A stretch of DNA of 64,000 bases. Origin: Eledone cirrhosa (taxonomy: Eukaryota). The stretch's first letter is position 1, and each line of letters starts with the position of its first letter. The stretch is taken from the NCBI GenBank assembly GCA_964016885.1, contig OZ024742.1, forward strand, positions 301,878,001 through 301,942,000, written 5' to 3'. The notes below the pieces were generated by a model. It was not told the origin of the DNA. It was given only the letters and a program-made list of their open reading frames with translations, and ran no database searches. Of the stretch, positions 1 through 11,199 are shown piece after piece. The position numbers were made by a program, and so were the translations under genes.

Positions 1-934
1 CTGCCAATCAAATTCTCTCACAAGTTGCTGCTTGGCTGGAACTATAGATCAAGACAATTACCCAAGACACCAAACAACGAGATTGAGCCCAAACTCCCTG
101 TGATAGCAAAATTAACTTCTTAACCACAGAACCATGCCTGTGCCTCCAGTCTTTTACTGCAAGACATTCTGTAACAAGTATTTAAGATAAGAATTATTTA
201 ATCAACCATAGACAGAATTTTCAGTCTGATGAGTCAGTCACCAAAGAAAATAGTAAATATACTAAAAATGAAACAATCTTTCTAATGCTTGTGTGGAATG
301 AAACTTGATCTGTTGTTGCCAGTGAAAGACTCTGGTACATTTATAAAAACAATACCATCACCTTCAGAAGCTGTATTGGATTACAGATTAGTAGAGAGAG
401 AGAGATGAAAAGGGAGATAAAAGAACCAGAATATTATATTATCTACTTTGGTAATACATACTAAACACTTCTATTATCTGATCACATGATATATAACATT
501 AATTGTAATAAAATATGTTATGGGGCAATGGATTGAATATTGCATGCAAGAAAGTCTTAATTAATTGACATTTTCGTCTGAGTTGGAGAAAGAAAACAAA
601 AATCTAGAAGTAATTGTTGGCAAAGACATTCAAAAACAAGGGCAGATAATTTCAAGAAATTAAGAATTAATCTCTCAAAGTTAATTTGTTTCAATCTATT
701 GGATTTCATCACTGTAGTGTAGACTAACCAAAGCTACTGATCAGTTGATAAACATAAAGAAGAGTTGCCAACAATTTTTGGTCAGTAAAATGTGTATGGT
801 TAAAAAATAAAATGAATCAAGGGATGAGTATCTCTTTTTTGCAAACAAAGATTAGATGGTTATGACTGGAATACCTTAAATCTTAAGGCTGTTCAATCAA
901 AACAGACTTTGGGTTAAACAACAACAATTCTACA

Positions 935-1161
935 TTAACCCTTTAGCACTTACATTACACTATATTTACTATTTTATTTTTACAGTAAAGGCTTTACCTC
1001 ACGTAATTATCTCATAATATCGAATATATGAGATTTTGATATTATTTATTTTGAGAACAATACCTTAATATCAGTATGAGTGGCCGGTTACAGCTGGTTT
1101 GAACAAAAAAAGGTGAGAGTATTCTGACCGGATACAGCCAGTTTATATGCTAAAGGGTTAA
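935..1161 (+). mobile_element. piggyBac-like MITE (~220 bp), family 1
   Basis: TTAA|CCCTTTAGCA...TGCTAAAGGG|TTAA termini; body shared with 8 other copies in the window. Confidence 0.85.
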
Positions 1162-1402
1162 GGGTTAGTGTTCAGCTCACAATAAAAAAGGTTGTGAGTT
1201 TAATTCCTGGTGGCACATTATGTCTTTGAGCAAGACACTTTAGTCCATTCAGCTGGAAAAAATGAGTTGTACCTGTAATTCAAAAGGCTAGCCTTGTCAT
1301 ACACAGTGTCATACTGTCTCACAGAGAATTGCATGGAGGGTACACGTATCTGGAATGCTCAGCCACTTACACATTAATTTCATGAGCTGGCTGTTCCATT
1401 GG
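1162..1402 (+). mobile_element. tRNA-derived SINE, 5' part (continues after 2551)
   Basis: Box-B-like ggttgtgagtttaattcc and the shared ttgagcaagacactt...cagctg...atgag core. Confidence 0.6.
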
Positions 1403-2551
1403 TTAACTCTTTAGCATTTAAACAGGCTGTATCTGGCCAGAATTCTCTCCTCTTTCTGTTCAAACCGGTGGTAACTGGCCACTCATACCGATGTTAAGGT
1501 ATTGTTCCCAAAATAAATAACCCAAAAATCTCGTAGATTCAATATTATGTGAGATAATTATGTAAGGTAAAGCCTTTACCATGAAAATATAATCTATATA
1601 TATAAAACTGAGGATGTCTGTCTGTGTGTGTGTGAGTTCGAATCCCTAAAACTCGAGAACCACCCAACCGACTGTTTTCAAACTTTTCACATGTAATACT
1701 TATGTTTCAGGGAGTGTTCTGAGCAAAAAGAATTTCAAATTTTCAATGCCCTAGGGACCGCAATAGGCGATTTAGCGATCTCGCTCTATAATTCTTAGTC
1801 TTTCTCTTTTTAGATAGATACATACTTATAACGTCGCGCCCTTATAATATCTGTCTGTATGTCTGACTGTCTGAATTACGTCACTTCCCTGAGGATGTCT
1901 GTGTGTGTGTCTGTGAGTTTGAATCCCTAAAATTCGAGAAGTACCCAACCGATTTTTTTCAAACTTTACATGTGTATTACTTATGTTTCAGGGAGTGTTA
2001 TGCACATAAAAAAAATTCAACTTTTTTTTATCTCCGAGGGCACGCATTAGGTGAAAAACTGCGTTTTTTTACATTTTTAGGGGTTTTTTTAGGCGTTATG
2101 TGAGACCGATTTCCTTGAAATTGTAACTTTGTATTAGTCATTCTCTTCTTCATACCGTAAGCAAAGAAAATCCTACTTTCTTATGACCTAGGGCCCGCAT
2201 TAGGTGAAAAACTTCATTTTTTTCAGCTTCTTATGGCTTTTTGGAGGTGTTACGTCTAGCCGATTTTTCCCGAAATTTCAAGGCATATTATGCATATAAA
2301 AAAAATTCATTTTCTTGATCCCCTAGGGCATTAGGTGAAAAACTGCATTTTTCCTGCTTCATCGAGGAAAATCTTAAAGATTATCCAGCCATCAGAGTAT
2401 TCGGTTTATTTTCTTTACATATTGTCCAGGCATGCAGTTTCTCCACGATTAGGTCTATTGGCGGCCCGCGTTCCAAAATACCTTATCCTGTGCAACGCCA
2501 GGTACCACTGCTAGTAATAAATATAGAATAATATAAATGCTAAATGGTTAA
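1403..2551 (-). mobile_element. piggyBac-like MITE family 1, split by a Helitron
   Basis: Halves 1403-1592 and 2515-2551 rejoin to the reverse-complement consensus; TTAA at both ends. Confidence 0.8.
1593..2514 (+). mobile_element. Non-autonomous Helitron
   Basis: 5' TCTATATATATAAA and 3' gtgcaacgccaggtaccactgCTAG; inserted between A and T without a TSD; internal duplications (1609-1770 vs 1890-2060). Confidence 0.85.
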
Positions 2552-3102
2552 ACAACTGAAACACTCGTCAGAGATGGCCGACGCCCTCTTCTTCATACCA
2601 TGAGCAAGATGTTCTATTGGTCAAACAACTGGAACACTCATAGTTAGAACTGACTGAGGTCCTATTTTACATATCCTTTAAAAAATGTTATGGTAATGGC
2701 TAGAATGTCTTTTCTCGTAGTTCTGTTCAATGAAGGTTGACCTAGGACTAAACAACAACAACATTACCAGCTACTCAATATCTTTGTGGTTGTTTAATTT
2801 ACTACAAATAACAGCTAACACCCTTCCAAACAACACTGAAAGAAACATTGGCTAGAATGATTTGATTGTATGTTTGCTGGATCAGGGCAACCTAGAGCTA
2901 AACAACAACAACTACAAGTCTGCAGGAAGAGATGATACATTTATGCCACATGGTAAATGGAGAAATGCACCACCATTGTCCTCATCATCACAATCACCAC
3001 CATCATCATCACCATTTAACATCTATTTTCCATACTTGCATGGATATGTAAATTTTTTCCCAGCCAAAGGTTGTATACTTTTTCAACAGACTGTATTTTA
3101 TT

Positions 3103-3149
<47 letters not shown>

Positions 3150-4002
3150 TGAACTGTTAAAGAGAGGCAATAGAGTAAAAAAGTTAAAGAGAGGCAATAG
3201 AGTAAAAAAGTTAAAGTGACCATAAACTAAATCAATATTTGTTTATTTTGTCTGTGATATAAATATAGAATTTTAACTTTCCAGTCAAAGATAAATATTA
3301 ACATATCTAAACTGATTATTGCTTTTGATGTGACAGAAAGTTCTTATTCTTATTTATCTGGTTCTTATTCTTATTTATCTGGTTTTTATTCTTATTTATC
3401 TGGTAAGGTGCAGGCATGGTTATGAGGTTAAGAGGTTAAGAAGCTCAGTTTATAGTCAAATGGTTCTGTGTTCCATCCCAATACATGGCACTTTGAACCT
3501 GTATCTTCTATGGAAGATGTAAATGATGTTTATGTAAAAATGCTGAGTGATAAGGATTTTTCTTGTCAGATGAAAGCAAAATCATTGAAAATAATTCCAT
3601 TATATCTATTAAGTGGTGAGTGAAGCTATTGATGATAATGATGATATTTATGTACATCTGTGATTTTTATGTTAGTCTGGAGTGATTGGAAAAGGTAGAT
3701 AGTATTAGTTGTATTAAGAGTTATTGTAGTCTCTCTAATCAAGTTGCTATATTTATAAAACTGTATTCCCAAATCAGCCGAACTCAAGCAGTCCTTTAGC
3801 ATGCAAGTAGTCAGCCAAATGTTTTGTTTTTCATCCCCCTTGGGTCATTGACTTGAATTGAGTCATCTGATACCTTGAGGTGGTTTGAGATCCAGAATCC
3901 TCAGTCGACTATTGCAGTATACAAATTCATTCCTGTGAGGCTTATGTCTGTCTACCAAATTTACTCACAATTACTACTACAGTGGATATTGTTGTACATG
4001 AC

Positions 4003-4450
4003 TCAGATCATGTTGACTACATCAGGTGGAATACTGTAAGCTTTGAGAATCTGAAGCATTTTCTTGTTATTGATGGAGTTAAAGACGTTTTGGAAATCGA
4101 TAAATGCTAATACAGCCTCCGTGCCATGGTTTTTGGGTTCTACAATGCGATGAAGAGTAAAGATGTGAGATGTGGTGGAGTAGCTTTGGCAAAAACCATT
4201 TTGATTTGGATGTAACTCCTCATCGATATTTGGTTGGATTTTGTTCAGCAGAGAGTGGTTGCAAATTGATGATGCAACTTGGGAGAGAAAAATGTCTCTG
4301 TAATTGCCTGTTTTTGTTAGCTCACCTTTCTTTGGAATTGGCATTAGAGCAAAGATTCCTCCCTTTTTGGGACAGTTTCCATAACAGGTTTCATTATAGA
4401 ACTACAGGAAACTCTTCCATACCTTCAGTTTCCAAAACTTTGGACAGAGG
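4003..4450 (-). mobile_element. Degenerate RTE-clade LINE reverse transcriptase fragment
   Basis: IPKKG..NYR.I.L...QNGF..ST..HIFTL..IVE...AFIDF..F.SI...IL..Y.IP motifs. Confidence 0.85.
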
Positions 4451-4659
4451 ATAAATGTTCAGTGTATATGTACAAATGACATATATGAATAAATGCATGT
4501 CTTACTGGGTTGATTCACTCCCTCATGTTAAAATTTCTAGACTTGTGCCTCAGAAATTATTATGACAGAATCGGTAGAGCAATGGACAAAATACTTTTCA
4601 GTATTCTGATTCGTTATTTTACCTTTTTGATTTCCATGTGTCTAACACACGTGGGCATG

Positions 4660-4960
4660 CCAACAAAGTCAGAAAACAGCACAGCTCCCATGACTTTCGG
4701 AAACATTTTTTCACGCTCAGAGTTGCTGAAGCATGGAACAAACTCCCAGCATCAGTTGTTAGCTGTTGAGACACTGCATCCTTTAAAACCTCCATGCTCC
4801 CTGAGATTCGCCAACACTACACCTAATACTCCCCCTCCATACACACGCACACATGTATATCATGACTCATACACTATTCACTTCCCTGTACTATACATGC
4901 ACCTTTGATGAGTTGTAGTGCACCTGAGCACTCTACACAATAATTTCATTATTATTATTA
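4660..4960 (+). mobile_element. CR1/L2-like LINE 3' end
   Basis: Encodes RKHFFTLRVAEAWNKLPASVV, then a 3' UTR and (att)n tail. Related copies at 15195-15500, 55850-56192 and 60565-60672 (-). Confidence 0.75.
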
Positions 4961-5094
4961 TATTATGTTCTGTTTCAAATTCATTCAGGTCCAGTTGTCT
5001 TTACCTTTCATTCTTCTGGGATCAATATAATCCTGTACTGAAGATTTGATCAATAATACCCTCTCCTCAAAATACACAGAAATCATTTATATTA

Positions 5095-5500
5095 TGTTAT
5101 TGGTTCCTTCCCACATCCTGAATGGCGCAGTAAAGGTGAAGGTTACTGTATCTAGCCAAATAGAACAAAATGAAAAATACCAAGAATTATCAGTAAACTA
5201 TTTTTTTCAACCTGTGACATTCAAAACATTTGAGGGAGCTGAGCTAGGCCATTAATATTAAGATTCTTGTTATGGTTGGTGATGCTCTTTATGAGGATGC
5301 TTGGTTATTTCAGTGACTTAGCAACTTTATCACCTGGCCTTACCAGGTGATGTTCCTGGTAAAGGAGTTTGGTTATTCCAGGATCTTAGCATCTATCACC
5401 CATAGCAATGCTACAAGTGATTTGACTGAAAAATTATTAGAGGGGAGACTCCAGCACCCCTTGTGGTGTGCGGTTGAGTGTGCATGTGTCTTCCACCATT
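5095..5500 (+). mobile_element. Degenerate CRE-like (RLE-type) LINE 3' end
   Basis: EKYQELS.NYFFQPV.F.TF.G...WLFQ.LS motif. The 3' UTR motif caccccttgtggtgtg is shared with 14885-15000. Confidence 0.6.
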
Positions 5501-6247
5501 TTTTAAACGCCTTTTTTTTTTAATATAGATATTTGTATGTAAAATGATGTGAAATAAAACTGTTTACTGAATGTATATATTTTATTTTCGCTGTTGTTAA
5601 GATTCATTGCTTTACTTAGAATATTACAACACATGTATGACAGAATACTTCTGGTTGTTAATGAGTAACTAACAAACTGATCTACTCTATTAGAATTTCT
5701 ATTAAAAAAAAAAAAAAAATGAAATCTGTGGCTCAAGGGAGAAAACTCTTGTGGTATTTCAATCAATTTATTGTAATGCTTAGAAATGATGAATCGCCTT
5801 TTGAAATTAGTGGATTATGTATGTATTATTTATTGGTAATACATTTTACACTTGAGAAGGGGGTGGTGAACCCATACGTGGTCACTTGCCTTGTGAGAAA
5901 TAACAACTAAATCTCTCGCTTATCATGCACATTATATGGACGGGATGGTGACATTTAGAACACATTTGATCATAGGATGGCTGACAACAGAGCTGCCCTG
6001 GGCTTACTTTCAAGTCCCAAATAATAGGGGTGTATGTGTAATAAGTGTGTGTTGGGGTGGAATAAGCCGGAGTGGGGGAATCGGTAATTTTTCTAGGTTG
6101 TCTCTTTACTTTTTTAAAAACCAGAATTATTCGTTTAGTTTACATATTGAGATCCCAATCCATCCTATTTATTTCATAATGAATGGGATTTCTTATAATG
6201 TACTTTTTTTGCCCTGTATTATGTTTTTTAATGTATAAAGAAAATTA

Positions 6248-6416
6248 CCCTATTTCGCGACGCCGAAGACGCTTCGTCCTCGAGTACGCACCCTAATTTT
6301 GACAACCACAAATTTGAAAACAAAATAATAAACAACATTCGGCCTCCAGGACGCATGGTAGATTTTTTAGACTTGTTTTAGGAAAAAATTAGCGTCTTCG
6401 ACGCCGGGAAATACGG
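6248..6416. mobile_element. Tc2/pogo-like MITE
   Basis: TA|CCCTATTTCGCGACGCCGAAGACGC ... GCGTCTTCGACGCCGGGAAATACGG|TA. Nested in a larger TIR element (~6006-6568). Confidence 0.7.
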
Positions 6417-8160
6417 TAATTGTCGTAGGAATGATACCTCATAAAATAAAATTTTGCTGGAGATAGAATAGCAAAATTTAATAAGCGAAGAGGTTGGAAT
6501 AAGAGTGGGGGTCTGAAAAATGAATAAGTGAGAGGTGGGGATAGACGATTATTCAAGACCTGGGAGTATTTATTGGTAATATATTTTACACTTGAGGAGG
6601 GGCTGGGGAACCATACGTGGTCACTTGACTTGTTAGAAATAGTAACTGTGTCAGTCAGGTACATATTTTATTGATTTCTGTTTGTTGAACTGTTAGTTTA
6701 TGAGACATAAACTATACACGTTTTTAAACTATAAATCAAAGGTTCTCAAAGTGGGCGCTGAGAAGGTCTAGATGTTTGCTTCAGCCTGTAATGTATGTAT
6801 ATATATATATGTTTGTGTGTGTATGTATATACACACACACACATAATAATACCATCGTCCTTATTATCATCATCACCGTTTAATGTCTGTTTTCCATGTT
6901 CGTATGGGTTAAACAAGTTGTCATGTTTTGAGGCTAAACTAGCCTTTCTCGTATGTTCCATTTTTGCTTTGGTGTTTATGGCTGGATGCCCTTGCAGTTA
7001 TAAGGTAGGGTGAGTTTGGAGTGGAATAACAGCGGGGTGTGTGGGACGTTGGAAAAAATTTGAAAAATTAATAAGGGTGGCTACGATGATTATATGAGAC
7101 CTGAGAGTAATAGGTTTAAAAAAACTTAGAATTGAAAATGAGTTGCTGTTGTTGATGTGGTCGAGAACAGCCTTGGTCCAGTAGACATATAATCAATTAT
7201 GTTCCCATCGGTTATATATTTATTTTTATGAACTATTGTTGTGAACCAAACAAAATGTTATGGAAGTATATATAACTCTAATAATTATTCCCACTGACTT
7301 ATTATTTATATTGAGATCTTTCAGATCTATTCATAGAATTGGTTCTAAAATATAAACTAGCTTGTCACTGTGTCTAGTGAAGTATAAGTAATTACCTGTG
7401 CTGTGATTATCAGTGCAGAAAAGGGGTAGGGATTGGGAAGGGGTATCTGAAAGTAATATAATCTAATGACAGGTAGTCAGTAATTTTATGAAAATAGCTA
7501 CTGTAGACCGCTAGTAAAAATTTTATATTTCTGTAATAAATGTTGTCTTACACCTTTGTTATAAAACGCACCCAGGGCACCCTGTAAAGTGGTTGGTGTA
7601 AGAAAAGGCTTCCGGTCATAGAAACCAAGGCAGAAGGTTGAGAAGATCCTCAAGTCACAACATGTCACCTCTCTAGTGCTGGCGCCATGTAAAAAAATTA
7701 CATAGTAGACCATGTATTGTATTGTAGTTGGTATGGTGGTGGGGATATCCAGCCATAGAAGCCATGGTAAGTAGAAAGCTCAAGAGGATTCTTTAGTTGT
7801 ATGAAGGGCATAGCAACCATTTTAATTACTGAATTTTACAAATTTAATACATTTACTATGAGAGAAATGTATTGTATTATTTTGAAATTATTGTTTTGAG
7901 GAACAGACATGGCTGTGTGGTTAAGAAATGCACAACCCCATGTCTTGGATTATGATTCCATTGCTTGGTACCTTGAGTAAGTGTATTTAACTAGACAAAG
8001 GAGTTAATTTGGTAGGTGAAGACTGTGCAGTGGACTAGTGATAATTATTCCACACTTTCGCCACAGTGTCTACTATTATTCTATAATTGGAAAATAGTAG
8101 TTTCCTATCCAACCTAAGCCAATATGGAAAAAAGGTTGTAAAAGGATGATTATATATATC

Positions 8161-8542
8161 ATCATCATCATCATTTTACGTCCGCTTTTCCCTGCTTGCA
8201 AGGGTGGGATGGGAACTGATTCTGGCTAGATTTCTACAGCTGGATGCCCTTCCTAACACCAACCTCATTTACAGTGAGTGCTGGGTGCTTTTTTTCTGTG
8301 GCGCCTACACGTCCACTTTACAGTGTGGGCTGGGTAAATTTTTGCTGTAGCACCTCCACGACCATTTTGCAGTGGAATGATAGAGACCCCAGTCCTATCA
8401 TCTCATTTCTACAGCTGAGTAAACTGGAGCAATGTGAAATAAAGTGTCTTGCTCAAGGAAACAACACATCACCTGGTCTGAGAATTGAACTCACAACCTT
8501 TCGATTGCAAGGCCAATGCTCTAACCACTAAGCCATGTGCCT
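8161..8542 (-). mobile_element. tRNA-derived SINE with (gat)n tail
   Basis: A box tggcttagtgg and B box gagttcaattc on the minus strand; closely similar inverted copy at 57979-58350. Confidence 0.8.
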
Positions 8543-10123
8543 CTATAGATATATATATATATATATATATCCACTCTGAGTACTCATATAGTTAGTGGTC
8601 TCCTCAGTTTCAGCACCGCAGACACTCTCTCTCTCTCTCTCTCGAAATAAAAAGAAGTGTGCTAGCAGCCAAAGTATACAATAAATTATATCTATACATA
8701 CAGACTGTGTAAGTATGTACATATATTTAATATGTAGGCTTACTCTTTTACCTGTTCCAGCCATCCGGCTGAGGCCATGTTGGGGCACTGCCCTTGAGCA
8801 TATAAACATTTTAGAAAATATGAATTTCCCTGTAAATTGAAAAAATTATAAACATTTTTAATCGATTTTAGGACTTAGTTGGGCCATATATATATATAGA
8901 CACACACATACACGTATGTATGTATGTGTGTGTATATATATATATAATGTATATCTGTCTCCATGTGTGTCTTCATATTGATGCTTTTTAAATAAGTGGG
9001 GCTATTTGTTTATGTCCTGCATAAACAATGTCTCCAGCTTAGCAGTTCGATGAAAATCACTGGAATAAATACCATAAGTTAAGAATAAAATGCGTTGGTA
9101 TCAAGAATGGCCGCAATAAAACAATTGACTTGGTACTTTATTATTGACTCCAGAAGGATTAAAGGCAACCTTGACCTTGGCTTGATTTGAACTGAGAGAG
9201 TAGAGAGCCGAAATACCACAAAACATTCTATGAGACGTTCTAATGACTCACAATTTGCTGTCTAATCCATACATATATGTATGGTCCCGTAGTTCCTGGT
9301 AGTCGTAGGGACGTCATGTTGACATACAGTGTTTCTTGGGCATTTTAAGCCCGGCAGAGCCCATCACTCTTCAGGTCTGGGTACAGTGATTTCCTCCAGA
9401 GAAAGATAGAAAGTGAGTGAGAGAGAGGAAACGAGAAAGAAATATAGAGAAGGAATTGACCCCAGTACTAGATTGGTACTTTTTTTTATCAATCTTGAAA
9501 GGTAAAGTTGACCTTGGCAGGATTTGAACTCAGAGAGTAGAGAGCCAAAATGAATACCACAAAGCATTCTATCAGATGTTCTCACAACTCTGCCAATTTG
9601 CTGCCTAATCCATACATGCTAGCATTAAAAAGTGAATGTAAAAACGATGATGATGATGTTTTGAGCAGACTAATGTCTTAAATTAAACCCTTGGAATGTG
9701 TCTGGATTTATGTATTTCATCTATAAATATTATATTTAAGAGATAACTGTAGATTTTGATTTGCAATTCAAAATATATACCCTTAATAGGATTATAATAA
9801 GGAAACAATTGCAATGATATTGATGGAGGAAGTGATTTAATCTGGAATTATCCTCTTAGTTTATAAAGTTCAATAAATCTATGATACCTTATTTGATACT
9901 GTTGTCAAGGATTTATTAGTTTAAACTATGCATTAAGGACCCTATAAAAAAGTGAGTTTTTGTCTTAAAACTCTCATTTCAAAGCTGATGTTTTGTGTTT
10001 CATGTGAACATACTTTCAGGTAGGATTGCTTTTGTATATTTATGTTGAAAAATTATTACTGTACCTTTTTTAATGGTCTCTCTCTCTCTGTATATATATA
10101 TATATATATATATGTATATGTAT

Positions 10124-10169
<46 letters not shown>

Positions 10170-10311
10170 ATATGTATATATATATATATATAACAAATGT
10201 AGAAAGGTAACACACGAGTTGATATATAAAAACAAATAGTAGAAAGGAAAAAGAATTTTTCAGTAGAAAATGTTGAAGAGATTTTTTCAGTGAAATATCA
10301 AAACATTAATT

Positions 10312-10360
10312 TATTTACAATACCGGTTTCAGCATTATATGCATTGTCAATTGCGGATAT
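10312..10360 (-). ncRNA. Minimal type I hammerhead ribozyme motif (Penelope-like element associated)
   Basis: Minus strand reads GCAA-UUGACAA-U-GCAU(AUA)AUGC-U-GAAA-CCGGUA^UUGU: helix I GCAA/UUGU, core with U3/A8, helix II GCAU/AUGC, GAAA, palindromic ACCGGU helix III and a GUA cleavage triplet, followed immediately by AATAAA. Confidence 0.6.
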
Positions 10361-10490
10361 GCAGAATATTGTTAAGTTGCATATTTGTACAAATTTGTAC
10401 AAATGAAAATAATGATAATAACAAAAAAGAGAAAGAGGGGGGAAGAAAAATCAATTTTCACATACGTGATCCTTCAGAGCAGAGGTATAT

Positions 10491-10526
<36 letters not shown>

Positions 10527-10527
10527 C

Positions 10528-10635
10528 GAGTAAGTGAGACCCCGACGGCTGAGCTCAAGCCGTTTCGACGGCTAATTCTGTACAGAATTAGCCGTCGAAA
10601 CGGCTTGAGCTCAGCCGTCGGGGTCTCACTTACTC
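10528..10635. repeat. Perfect 108-bp palindrome (54-bp arms, no spacer)
   Basis: gagtaagtgagaccccgacggctgagctcaagccgtttcgacggctaattctgt|acagaattagccgtcg...cacttactc, centred at 10581/10582. GC/CpG-rich and embedded in (TA)n. Confidence 0.97.
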
Positions 10636-11199
10636 CTATTACCCACTCTACTACCCTAAGTATTGAGTACTTTGGTGCGTTATGGTCCACCTGGTTCCTT
10701 ACCACTTTTCCCTCGCTATATATATATATATATGTAGGTACACCATATTTTTTCATGATATAAGAAGTAATTAAATAGGTTGGTGCCAGGAAGGGCATCA
10801 AGCTATAAAACTTTTCTCATATAAAGGACTCCATGATAAGTATACAGCTTGTAATGGGACCTGAAAGATTAACCCCAACTTTAGCAAGGAAGTAGGCCTT
10901 AAAAAGCTTGGTACATAAATCTATATATATATATACCACATTATCATTATTTACCCTTTTTTTCTAATTGTAGTTAAGGAAAACTTGGAGAGAGTTAACA
11001 CAAGTTGTTACCAGTAATGTTGTACGAAAAAAATTCAATGACCAGTCTTCAGTAACATGATAATACTAATAATTAGAAATAAGCTCTATCAAAACTGGCA
11101 GAGTATTTGTTCTGGTTTACTGCAGTTCTGAGTTCTTGGATGATAGATTTAAGATATCATGACCTGGTCCCTGGGGACCTTTAGCAGAATTGTGTGGTT

